Of a DNA stretch of 64,000 bases, positions 38,774-51,300 are shown in pieces. Position 1 is the stretch's first letter. Every line of letters begins with the position of its first letter. The translations under genes and the position numbers were made by a program. This DNA is from Geosiphon pyriformis uo1 (lineage: Eukaryota; Fungi; Glomeromycota): the NCBI GenBank assembly GCA_016748015.1, contig JAAOMT010000009.1, positions 576,459 to 640,458 on the forward strand, in the 5' to 3' direction. Under the pieces are notes generated by a model. The model was not told the origin of the DNA. It did not search any database and saw only the letters and a list, made by a program, of their open reading frames with translations.

Positions 38774-39493
38774 ATGACTATTCCTCAAAACATTCAACAA
38801 TTATCCCAAAAACTAATGTTAGCTTTAAAAACAATACCCAAATTATCCATTACTGTTACTGAAAACCACATTAATTATACCCAAACAGAAGTAGTTACAA
38901 ATTTTGCCCCAAATTCACGAAAATATCATTCGTATAAAAAGAACACAAGAAATTATACTGGAATTCACCTTCCAGAACTTTTAAAGCTTGCTTTAAGAGA
39001 AAACCTAATGCCCATTCCAATTAGTATTCCACTAAATGCTACAATTCAACAAAAACTTCAACTGTGTCTCAATGAGGAAAACACTGAATATCCTCCAATC
39101 TATAGATATTTTCACACTGGAAAAACACTCTACGAATGGAAACTGGAACTTACAACAGCAAACCTTACAAAAGAAGCTATTCAGAAACAATTCCACAACG
39201 AATTCAAGACAACAACTGGATCAACAAACAGTCGCTACAGGCTTAGAGCTGCCCTTAGACTTTATGACCTATTCTACACCTGTGAAAACGTACTACAAAA
39301 CCCAATTTTTCAACCTTTGAAGATTCAATACATTGGAAAGCTTACAGAACTGAAATTTCAACAATTTTCAGACCAAATTTCTTCAATAATTTTGGATTAT
39401 TATCTGGAAATAATAGACAGTACTTGGACTTTGATGGAGCTCAGTCTTGAGGAGGAGATTATGTTACCAGACGAAATTAGAGATATTATTTAG
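38774..39493 (+). CDS. B ORF3: intact 239-aa protein of unknown function, overlapping the PPT and first 32 nt of the 3' LTR
   Basis: Open ATG-to-stop frame; positional homologues in A, C, D, E and O; no signal peptide or TM stretch visible. Confidence 0.85.
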   Translation: MTIPQNIQQLSQKLMLALKTIPKLSITVTENHINYTQTEVVTNFAPNSRKYHSYKKNTRNYTGIHLPELLKLALRENLMPIPISIPLNATIQQKLQLCLNEENTEYPPIYRYFHTGKTLYEWKLELTTANLTKEAIQKQFHNEFKTTTGSTNSRYRLRAALRLYDLFYTCENVLQNPIFQPLKIQYIGKLTELKFQQFSDQISSIILDYYLEIIDSTWTLMELSLEEEIMLPDEIRDII

Positions 39494-40441
39494 CATGAAA
39501 TTATCTTATAATTCCTATCATTAATTAGCATATATTATCATTTCAAATGATCACTTATTACATTAGCAAAAATGTCCGAAATTATCATTTAATTAATAAC
39601 CCAAATTGTACACAACACAAATGTAACCTAATTGCGATGATTAATTATGCAATACCCCAAACTATGTAACATTCAAAAGTTCACCGAAATTTGTAGAAAT
39701 TTGCCGAAATAATTGATAGTTCACCGAAATATCTAATAGTTTGCCAAAATAACTTGTAATTTGCCGAAATGTATCTTTAGTTCAGCAAAATTTTAGAAAA
39801 TAGCAAAGTTCAAGTTCATAGAATAGTGTTATGACAAGTTGTATAAAAGAAGAGCTTCTCTCTTCGAGAAAATGTATCTTACTTTAGATTTATCTCTTAA
39901 GAACTGTTCCTATACACACAAAAAGAAATAAATATCAAATAATTCGAAAAACCAAATTCTTTAATTATTGTACTTGGAAAATCCCCAAAACCCAACTAAC
40001 ATTTCGAAATTGATTAGCTACCAATTTCAGTAATTTGTTAGTGACTCCAGGCCTGGATAGAAAAACGTTTCTCTTGACAAAATTTTATTTTTTTTACATT
40101 TCTTTTATTTTCTTTTATTTTCTTATTACAATCATAAGGGTAACCTACAGACGAGATTCCTGTAGAAGAGTTGACTTCCACAGCAAAGTAACTACACATT
40201 TTAGTGAGCTTCCAGATGAGCAATTCCTGGGAAAGAGTTGACATTTACTACAACATAACTACATAAAGCAACTGGCACGGAATTGGCCATTCCACTCATA
40301 AGTCCAGCAAGTTCAAATTATAGGAGATAATTTGAAGATAAATTCAGTTACTGGAGGTTCAACCACATCCAGAAAACGTGAATTCACAGCAAACAAGCAT
40401 CAACAACATTTAAGAAAAGAGACCAAAAACCTCCAGTAACA
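39462..40441 (+). repeat. 3' LTR of B (PPT at 39449-39458)
   Basis: Direct repeat of 20698-21677. Confidence 0.97.
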
Positions 40442-40445
40442 CTGT

Positions 40446-40854
40446 ATAGTTTTTGTTTTGTTTTTGTAAAATTGTTTTTAAAATATAAAGAATAACTAAA
40501 AAAAAATTTAAATTTAAATATTCAGATTTAAAAATTGTTTAATAATAATTATTGATTTTAAATTCTGAGGAATATCTTCAAAATTAACCAAAAAAAATTG
40601 TGTACCAATTTGTAAAACAGAAAGTTTAGAATTGGTTTTGAAATAGTAGTACTTAAGTTTATTACTATATATAACTTTTTTTTAAAATCTTATTATCAAG
40701 TCTTAATTTGTATAATCTATTTTCTGGAATTTTTTATATGTAAAATAATCTGTTCTATTTATGATTAAATTTTCCATTTTATTGTTTTTTAGTCTTAATT
40801 CTATGTAAAAAAAACTTTATTTCTAACTTTAAATTTGTTAATAACTAATACCAG
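40446..40854 (-). pseudogene. Element O, integrase C-terminal remnant between B and D
   Basis: Reverse complement aligns with the A/B integrase tail (EDIPQNLK.III). Confidence 0.8.
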
Positions 40855-41953
40855 TGTTACCTGAATAGAAAAACTGATCCGAAGTTAGAAAAAACGTGAC
40901 CAGAATGTAACATAACACAGAATAGTGCACAATAATGTTGGATAATATGTTATAATTTAGGATAGCACAAGATAATATGTTATAATGTAGAATAACACAG
41001 AATAACATGTAATAATACCAAATAACATGTTATAATGAAGGACAACACAGAATAACATGTAATAACACCAGATAATATGTTATAATATAGGATAACTGGG
41101 AATAACATAGAAAAATGTAACAATAACAGAAATAACAAAAGCTATAGTTAGCAATAACAAAACAATCAGAAGCAATCCTATAAAACCAAAAGAATGTATA
41201 AAAACAAGTAGTTGTAGAAGAAAAGAAGAGAAAGATAGATATGAACCACTAGACAAGATACAAATATCTATCACCCCTTCTCATTTATTATATTTCCATA
41301 TTCATCTTCTGAAATAAATCAATTATTAAAGAAATCAGAATCATGAATTCATGTTCTCAAACTGTGTGGAATTTATGTGAATTAACCATTGTTTCGTACC
41401 TTTGTTTTAGGACAGATGCTCTTAGCATAACCATCTTAAACTATTAATGATTTGGACCAATTACTCTTGATTATGACAATTGACAATACTAATTTATCTT
41501 TTCTTTTTCTTTTCTTATATTTTCTTTCTTTTTTTTCTTTTTTTTTCTTTTTTCTTTACCTTTTTTTGTGGAGTGGCAACATAGTAAAGTCGACTGTCTG
41601 GGAATAGACTTTGTAATAGTCTGGTAAAAGAGAGAAGTTCTTTCTAGGTTTTTGGATATTAATATTATCTTGATAGCTTACCAGAAAGATGAAAAGACAA
41701 TGCCAGACCCTAATAACTGCACTTGTTAGCTTGGAGAAGAAAGCTCATATTTACAGAAAATGTTGCAATCAATGAAAAACAAACTTTGTGCCTTATAACC
41801 AAAAAACTCAATAGGTAAATTCACATCCAAAAATAGATCTTTAGAGACTGATAATCAAAACTAAGCCAACAGAATCATGTGGAAGATGCATCACCAATAA
41901 TTGAGAGCACTAAACATTATCATTTTCATTACCCACCAAGTTTACTCATAACA
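40855..41953 (+). repeat. 5' LTR of D (1099 bp) with a 10-bp-period array ATAA(C/T)A.... at ~40905-41135
   Basis: Direct repeat of the split 3' LTR. Confidence 0.93.
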
Positions 41954-41955
41954 TT

Positions 41956-41972
41956 TGGTGCTTCCTGTGAGG
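41956..41972 (+). promoter_or_regulatory. PBS of D (TGGTGCTTCCTGTGAGG; resembles the complement of elongator tRNA-Met)
   Basis: Position after the LTR; nearly the same PBS in E. Confidence 0.8.
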
Positions 41973-42014
41973 TTATAAATCCACAGAGACAGAGCACTCT
42001 AGAAATACACAAAA

Positions 42015-45000
42015 GTGGCGACTATTGGAACAGTAAGAAAGGACCACTTTCCATACAGAAGAGCACTATTTCAATACTTTCGAAAAGACTTAAAAATACC
42101 AGCAGAAACTGTTTACACAGAAAATAATTTTTGTAACTATATCAATGCAAAAATCAACTGCTTGTTAGGCCATACAACTGATACAGGAAGACTTGGAGAA
42201 CAAATTCATCAAAGCTTATTAGGATACTCAACAGCCACAACTACTCGAGCAATTGCTGAAACTCTGCATATAATTGATATAAACATTACATATTACGTGA
42301 CAAAACAATTCCCTCAAGTACAACAACCAGTAAAATTTGATCCTAAGGAATATAAAAACGAATCCAACAACCCCATAACTGCCCAAGCCAAGTTCATGGT
42401 CAACAAGAAACCAAGGTTCTTCTCCCCAACAACTCCATCATATCATTAGACACCCTAAAGTAGAATTATATTCAACTCACTCCCAGAAACCCAGTCAAAA
42501 ACACCATAAACTTCTGGAAATCCACACTCTTGGAATCAACATAGTTGGACCAAATCATTAGAAGAATACAGATTGTTGTTTGGAAATATCACCTTAACAC
42601 TTAACAAAACAGACAAAAATACGTCAACATAGGAACTACCACCAACCCAACTACCAAGAATTGGCTTTGACTCAAGAAAAACAGGAACAGAGACTAGCTG
42701 ACTTAAATACCAAACTGTGTGATCATTGTTTAATCTCTTGTTACTTTCAGTACTGTGACAAATGTGATCTCATGTTCAATCTGCTTCCAAGAATACTGTT
42801 CCCGATCACTGAACTACTTGAGCTTGAGAAAGAAAAGAAATTGACCATCAAGGACACATCGTTTCAAGATCCAACTGAGGAGACCAAAACAGAACAGTAT
42901 CTTGCATATCCCGACCTTTCCAAAAAACTAGAGCTAAAATGGTACAATAATAATGAAGAAAGAATCTGCCTCAAAAGAGTGCATAACACCAATGCTGGTT
43001 TTGACCTACAATACCCTGGACAATTACTCATCATTATAGCCCCATATTCTCTTGTAAAAATAGATCTTAAGATAGCATTAGAAATTTCTATTAGTACAAT
43101 GGTACAAGTTGTCTCTCAATCTAGTCTAGCCAAGAAAGGAATCAATGTAAAAGGAGGAATTATCGATGCCAGTTACATGAAAAACATTATTGTAATACTA
43201 CAGAACAATTCGAACTGACCCTACAAGATAGAATTACAAGAAAAGATTGCCTAAGCTATCTTTTTACCTCTAGTCAAAATACTCCAATTAACCCTAGTAA
43301 CAACCTGAGAAGAATTAGGCCTCACTGTCTAAGGAATCAATGGGTTTGGATTAAGTGGAAAAGGAAATGTACCAATCAACTTCACAGAGAAAGACAGTAA
43401 CCAGGTAGAACTTATCTACACTAATACAGTCATCTCCATTTCCCTTTACTGACAATACTTTCTCAAGGTGAATTAAAAGATCCAAAGTCAAGCCCTGTTA
43501 TTTGAAGCCGATCTTGAAATCTGTTCTCTAACTAATGTTGCTAACTTATATCTACTGGCCAAAGCCCATAAACACTTCAAAATCCCCATCCACAATCCTA
43601 CAAAAGATGTGATTGAAATCTCTGAAGGAACCCTCGTTGGTTCTATCTCACCAAACATTCAACATTCTGAAAAACCCCAGTTCATTCCAGATTTCGCACA
43701 GCTATTCTTATTTTGTGACATTACCTCACAAGTATAAAATTTGCCAAAAGAAAGTTACTTGTTCACACCAGAGGAGATCAATAAATTAAATTTAGAAAAC
43801 TTAGATACCCTGCAACAAATGCAACTCAAAGTCCTTCTGAATCAGTATGCCAATGTTTTTGCCAGCAAAAATGAGTTCAGATGTACTGATATTGTAAAGC
43901 ATCAGATTAATACGGGAGATGCTTGACCTATTAAACAACAAGCTTACCGAGTACTCCCATCTGGCAACAACTTTATCAAACAAGAAGTCCAACAAATGCT
44001 CGACAATGGCCTGATCAAAGAATCATTAAGCTCTTGGTCCTCTCCAGTAGTCTTGGTCACCAAGAAAAATGGAAAAGTGTGATTCTGCATAGATTACTGA
44101 AAACTAAATAGCATTATGCAAGAAGATAGTTATCCCACTCCCCTCATCCAAGAAATTCTGGACAATCTAGGGAAAAAAAATGGTTTTCATTATTAGATTT
44201 AGCAAGTAGTTACTGGCAAGTTGAAATGGACTCTAAAGACAAAGAAAAAACAGTGTTCACCACTCAAAATAGAAACTTTAAGTTTAATGTAATGCCTTTT
44301 GGACTCTATAATGCTCCCGCCACATTCCAATGCCTCATGAATATTATATACAAAAGAATTCTGTGGAAATCAGTCGTAGTATATTTAGATGACACCAATG
44401 TTTTCTCTGAAATGTTTGACAATCATTTGCTCTATCTGCAACAAGTCTTCAAATGTCTTCATAGTGCTGGATTGAAATTCAACCCCAATAAATACTTCTT
44501 TAGAAAAACCGAGTTAAAGTTCCTAGGACATGTAATTGGCAAAGACAAAGTCAAACCCAATCCAGATAAAGTCCAAAAAGTCAAGGATTTTCTAGTCCCA
44601 ATTAACCTTAGAGAATTATGAGGATTTCTAGGATTGGTAAGTTATTATCGTCGATTTGTCAAAGATTTCTCGAACATCACAAAACAACTTTATTATTTGT
44701 TGTCCAAATACATATTGTACTTGTGGAAAGAAGATCAACAGAAAGCATTCGACTATCTCAAGCAGCATTTAATCACATCTCCCATCCTGATTTACCCAAA
44801 TTTCACTAAATGGTTCATTGTCACTATGGATACTTTAAAAAATGCTCTAGAAGCAGTCTTATCACAGATAGGACCAGACAATAAAGAACATCCAGTTGCC
44901 TATGCCAGTTATAACACAAGCCCGGCAGAAAAGAATTACAGCACAACAGATCTGAAATGTCTTGCCATTTATTGGGCCATACAGACTTGGAAACATTATC

Positions 45001-45185
45001 TCGATCAACTATTTGATCTATATACCAATTATAAAAGACTTATTTGGTTACTCAATAATCCATAATTAGAAAGAAAATATGTGAAATGGAGTACTTATCT
45101 GCAACAATTCTCACTCAAAGTCCATTACAAAGAAGGATCCAAGAATACCAATGTTGACAGTTTGTCAAAGATGTCACAAACCTAA
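42015..45185 (+). pseudogene. D ORF1: Gag N-terminus / internal deletion / Cys-rich end - dUTPase - RT - RNase H
   Basis: NAGFDL, GGIIDASY, MPFGLYNAPATFQ, YLDD; stop TAA at 45183-45185. Confidence 0.88.
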
Positions 45186-45195
45186 TCCCAGACTC

Positions 45196-46562
45196 ATGGA
45201 CACACTCACTTATCAACAACTACATCAGTACCTATCAATACTACATTTCAAGGAGATATTATCTCAACAAGAATAAAGTACCATATAAAAACAAGCCTGA
45301 AATTATTTTATTTAAGACAACCAACTATATCAACGAGAATGTCGAAACTGCTCCATCCCATAATGAGTTATAAAAAACAGTAAAAAAGAAACTATATTAC
45401 ATAATATGTATTCTGATCCAATTGCAGAACACTTTAACAAGAATGCTACCCTTAAAAGAACACTAAATTTATATTATTGGCCAACAATGTACAAAGACAT
45501 TTTCAAATATGTGCTCAATTGTGACACATGCCAGTGAAGAGGAGAAACAAGATCAACAGAACCATTTCAATCCATTTCAGTTGGAAATTTATTTGATAGA
45601 ATTGGAATTAATTTGGTTAGATCTCTCTTGATTACATTCCAAGGAAATTGCTATATTGCTGTAGCCATAAACTATTTTACAAAATGGCCAGAAGCCAAAG
45701 CAATCCAAGTGGCCGATGCCAAAACAGTAGCCGAATTTGTGCATCAAGACTTAATTTGCCAACATGGATGTCTGAAAGAATTATTATCTAATCAGGAAAC
45801 ACATTTTGTTAATAATACACTAACTGAACTAAGCCAACGGTTTGGAATAAAACAACTCTTATCATTACCATACCATCCACAAACAAACAGACTGGTAGAA
45901 CAATTTAACCAAACACTGTGTGAAGCACTAGCAAAAATAAGTCATGAAAACAAACAAGAATAGGACTTATTCATATCTTTTGTACTCTTTGTATACCGAA
46001 CATTGAAACAAAATATGACTCAATTCACATCCTTTGAACTAGTCTATAGAAGAAAAGCTATATTACTGATTGAACAAGTGATACCATCATATCTAACAGA
46101 AACAATCGACAAAGAAAATTTTGAAGCTACCTTACACTAAAGAACATACTAGCTAATAGAAACGTTGAAAGGCAATTGAAGAACAGCAGCTGACAATATT
46201 AATCACACTCAAGAACAACAAAAAAAAGACATAATAACTGTCTATTAAAACAACCAATGGAATTCAAGATTGGAGACCAGGTACTATTACATTATACAAA
46301 AGTAGAGAAACAGTAGAGTGGAAAGTTTGACCCAAAATGAAACAGTCTATTTCACATACACGAAGCATTAGGAAATGGAGCTTATAAATTATGATTGGAA
46401 GACAGAATTTTAAAGAAAGTAGCACATAGAAATCAGTTAAAAATTTATCATGCAAAACAAAAATCATTATCATTAGTACTTCAACTAGGAACACAAATTT
46501 CATTAATCAGACCAGAAGATATACCACAAAATTTGGAACCAATCATCATTATTGAAACATAG
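45196..46562 (+). pseudogene. D stand-alone integrase
   Basis: ATG 10 nt after the RNase H stop; TKWPEA, YHPQTN, tail LEPIIIIET. Confidence 0.88.
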
Positions 46563-46626
46563 ACAATGTAGAGCAAATTAAAGTGGAGAATTCAAATATA
46601 TATAGCATCTAAAAAGCAGCAAAAAA

Positions 46627-47400
46627 TGATAAAAATTTCAACATAGACTTTTTAGATCAAATTTTAAAATTATCTAAACAATTATTTGAAACAATTCAAA
46701 AATTAACATCTCAAATAGAAATTATAATTGATAGAAAAAAAATAAGATATAGAAATAAAAGGAAGAAAGGGATAGGTAAAAGTTCAATTAGAACTAACTG
46801 GTCCCATTCCTACACCCCGTCCGAGAAAAGAATTTTACAAAAAAGAATTAATTCATCTTGGGCAGGACTTAAAGAAAGCATGGAGGAATGATAATTATTT
46901 TATAAAAAAAGATACTTGGTCTCTGAGCTAGAAAAAATAAAAAAAGCTTTAGCTCATGGGACTGAACTCCTCAAAACAGGGGAGTGGACATTTGACAATG
47001 TCCAGAAATAGAAAGAAAGACTTCCTCCAGTATATTGGTTCTATAAAATTGGTAAACAACTAGATTTGAAGACACTATATGGAGATCTCAGCCAGAAAAC
47101 TTTCAACAAAGAAGCAATGCAACAAGTAGAAAAATTCATAGAAAGAAGCAACTTGACCCTACACTACAAAGCAGCATACTAATTATATGCCACTTTCCAA
47201 TATTGTCTAAATGTACTGTTGTATAGATCTATAAAAACAATAACAGTTAACAACATAGAATGAATTACCAATTGACAGTTCGAAGACTTATAAAAAACAA
47301 TACTCAATGCAACCATTGAATATTACATGAACAAAGACATAGAAACAGATACATATGATTTCATAAGAGTTCAATACTAAAAAGAGAGAGATAATGTTAT
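46627..47400 (+). pseudogene. D ORF3 remnant
   Basis: PPVYWFYKIGKQL...KAAY*LYATFQYC.NVL aligns with B ORF3 PPIYRYFHTGKTL...RAALRLYDLFYTCENVL. Confidence 0.7.
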
Positions 47401-47630
47401 CTGAGTAGAAAAACTGATCCGAAGTTAGAAAAAACATGACCAAAACGTGACATAATACAGAATAGTGCACAATAATGTTGAATAATACATTATAACTTAG
47501 GATAGTGCAGGATAATGCATTATAATGTAGAATAACACAGAATAACATGTAATAATACCAGATAATGTGTTATAATGGAGAACAACACAGAATAACATAT
47601 AATAACATCAGATAATGTGTTATAACATAG
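47395..47630 (+). repeat. 3' LTR of D, part 1
   Basis: Matches 40855-41090. Confidence 0.93.
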
Positions 47631-48272
47631 TGTTACAGTTGAAACCCATAATTTTTATTAGTTATCACATGTATTAGTCACTGATGTCATATAATTAGCC
47701 ACTCTATTTTTAGATAATGATCATTGACCTAGTCATTGACCTGGTCATTAACCACTTTCAATAGCTATATAAGCAATGAGTCTCTTAGCTGTAGAAAATC
47801 ATTTCTCAGACAAGAATCAAATAAATAAAAATAACAACTTTCATCTCAATCACTCTTTTATCACTAATTTCTCTTTCCTTACCTTCAAGTATCTGAACAT
47901 CTTAGGATAAAAGATTACTTGTTGGCCTTTTCCTGTTTGAATAATTGTAGTATTTGAAAACTATTTGTATAAACATGACTGAAAAGCACAAGTTAATACC
48001 TGATATTGAATTCTAAGAGTGCCGATGTGAGGCATAGAATTATACCAGTGGTGATCAATTGTTGACAGTACAGACTATTCTTTTACCTTCAGATTCCCTT
48101 GTTACCTTTTGAAAAGAATAGCGACTAAGATATTTTATGAGACTGATCTCGCACATTGAATCCATACTCATTCAATTTGCTCATTGAAGTTGAATCCCCT
48201 TTGGTTATTTCCATCACTCTACAATCCTGTTTTCCCTTGCTATCCGTTAGCTTGTTACTTCAACCCATAAAA
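47631..48272 (+). repeat. 5' LTR of E (642 bp)
   Basis: Direct repeat of 54576-55253. Confidence 0.93.
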
Positions 48273-48324
48273 TAAAAGTGGTGCTTCTTGTGAGGTTGTC
48301 ACAATTCACTTATTCTCTTATTGT

Positions 48325-51300
48325 ATGGGTAATTACTCATATTTGCCATAGCAATCAGAAGAACACTTTGCAGTACACAACAGAAACGACCTAGATTTCA
48401 TTGAACTTAATCCTCTGCCCTCCTGTTTAATCTGCTTTTCTCTTGAAGAACAATCCAGTAGACAATTCCAAGACTTTTGGAACTGGTTCCTAAACGAGCA
48501 TTCAGCTGAAATCTACACAGCTTATACAACCTATTACTTTGACCAAGCTTATTTTGAAAATGACTTTGAAGAAAGAAACAACAGTATCAATCAGCTCTTA
48601 TATTCTGCAACCTTTGAACAACAGCCCTCTGATTTCGAATATCTGAATCATCAAATCCACATTTGGATTGCTGCCCATCAAGCAACTAAAACTCCCTTTG
48701 AAACAGAAGAAGAAAGCTACCAAACTGCTTCTGTTTTTGACTTTTTATCAAGTGAATCAGACTCGTCTACACAAACAGTTACCCCTGAACCAATGGCTAA
48801 TAACCCTATGCAAACAAACATTTTGGCTGCCCTCCAAGGTATACAAACTGCTCTAGGAAGAAGAAACAATACCCCACTACCACTATTTAGAGGTAATGCA
48901 CAAGATCTAATTGAATAGTTGGATGATTTTGAGAAAGCTGCCACAGCCAACCAGTATGATGAAGAATACAAGTTCCAAATTGTTGGTGGTTACCTCCAAG
49001 GCTCCTTTGCTACCTGGTTCTCACAAAAAACAGATGTCAATGCTCAACACAAAATAATCAGATGGACACCAATCAATGCTGGAGAAGAAAATACCTTTTT
49101 CACTACCCGATTTGAGGCCAAGTTCAGAACCCCAATATTAATATCCAAATGGTGCATGGAATTGAAGAAGTAGTGACTGAATATGCCAAAGCTATTAGAA
49201 AGCTAATCAAATGTATAGACTTTGGGAGAAACTGGACAGAAGAACAAAAGATTCATTCCTTCACAAAAGAATTGAGAACTGATTTATCTTATGCTCTTTG
49301 GCCTCTCTTGACACTAAAAAACAATCCTACAATGGACATGGCCATTGAACTTGCCCAATGAATTGAAGACAATCAAAGAATACATTTGGAATCTACACTT
49401 CCAGTTTTTGCTCCTGCTCCTGTCATGGCTCCTGCCCCTCAAATGGCTGCTGCTTCTTTTGCTGCCCAAACTCAAGATCCAAATAAACAATTAATTGATA
49501 GACTTACAACCAATCTTGTCTGGTTATTAGAACCTTTGGCACAAGCAGTCAGAGATAACCAGCAACCACCAAGACCTAGATATGAACCTCATTTTAACCA
49601 ACCCCAGCAACCTTCTTATTAAAGACAGCAAATCATGGCCCACCTGTGTGCTATCATTGTGGATTAACTGAACATTATTCAAGAGATTGTAACAATTTTT
49701 TACTGCCTCCTCTAGCTTCCAGAAACAATAACAACCAAAACAACAGACCCAACAACAACAACAATGTCCCCAATTAAAGACCCAATCATGCCAACATCAA
49801 TTTCTTTAGAGAGAATCCCCTAGTTGAAGCCACTATTTATCAGTCTTTAAACTGGTAGGCACACCTCCAAAGGGTGAGAGTGCAAGCCAACCAGAAGAAA
49901 ACTCTTTTTACGCTTTTAACTTAACTGATAATGACCATGACATAGATGAACTAGCAATCAACCCCTCTGAATCCACAAAAAAGAAGAAGAAAGCCAAATT
50001 TGATTTCGTTCTGGACCCCAATAAAGCTTCTACATCAACTGCTGACAACAATGAGCCCCCAAAAGCCAAAGTTTTCAAAAATCCTCCAAAGTTGGAACCC
50101 CCAAAAATAGTACAAAAATTTGGCCCCTATTCTGTTGTCAAAGGCCTCATGGAAATCCCAGCACATATAACCTTTGGCCAATTGATGACCCATTCACAAT
50201 TCAGAAAAAATCTTCACAAATTTCTGATTCCAAAGAAAAAGACACTCAAAACCAACAAATGCCTTCACCAAGCTGGACTTGCTGACAATAGCAATGTTAC
50301 TCCTCTAATTTGCAAAGCCCAAGTGGCTGGCTACTTCATCAATTTGATCCTAGACAGTGGATCATCTGTTAGTGTTATTGCTAAACACTTTTTTAAAGCA
50401 ATTGGTAGAAAAATTGATAAACCATCCACACGACCAATGACCAATGTGCATGGTGATAAGAAAAAAGAGCTCAGCATAGCCAAAGCTATTCCTGTCCGCA
50501 TCAATGGCATCAGCATTGAAACTGATATGGAAGTATCTGAAGTGAAAGAATACACCATTATTGTTGGCAATAAATGGCTCAAGAAAGCAAAAGCTTTGCT
50601 TGATTATGAACTCTGTGAACTAACTATCAGATGTGGTGAGAAACCTATTGTGGTTAAATGTCGCCATTGGACAACTCCCCTAGTACCCAAGTGGAGCCCA
50701 GAAGAAAATGAATCAGATGAATCAGATGATGAAGAAAGTGAGGAAGAAGAAGAACAAGAAAAAACTGCTGAACTTGCTTATACCATTTTCACCAGCAATG
50801 GCAAACCACTGGATAATGTCAAGGCAGATAAAGAAGGAATCATTGTCAATGGCAAGCTAATCTGCTGGCCTTATTATAACATGCTCAGAAGAACCTTTGA
50901 CAAAAACCCAGGCAAAAAAGCCAAATACAGTTATTGATGGCATAGTCCTTATGTCCGGTGCTGGTGCAACAAACCATTGTATTCTCCTAGTGATGAATGC
51001 ATGTCCTGCCTGATCTATTACAAAGATTGGGAACCAATCAGCTTGATACCCTGTGAGAAAATAAAAGAAGTCCAAAAGTCCTTTGAAAATGAACCACCTA
51101 AAATCTAATCACTGGTTGTAAAACAAAGAGAACCCTCTCTAGAAGAAAAGAAGATAGATATTGAAAACCTGCTGGCTAGAAACAGCCCAGTTATCTCAAA
51201 AGAAGGTGAACCTCCTGAATGTACACATGTGATACAACACACCATCATCACCAGAGAAACTCACCCCATCCATTTAAAGCCCTATCAATCCAACTGGCAC

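Larger units (their letters stand above)
20698..40441 (+). mobile_element. Ty3/Gypsy element B (same family as A), hosting element C
   Basis: 980-bp LTRs at 20698-21677 and 39462-40441; perfect TSD CTGT (20694-20697/40442-40445); PBS; PPT. Confidence 0.97.

Noticed and set aside
38774-39493. ORF3 as an envelope gene
   Set aside because: No signal peptide, furin site or transmembrane helix visible; too short
40035-41274. Short hydrophobic ORFs in LTRs and antisense ORFs throughout the window
   Set aside because: By-products of T-rich tracts or shadows of TE frames; not consistently open between LTR copies
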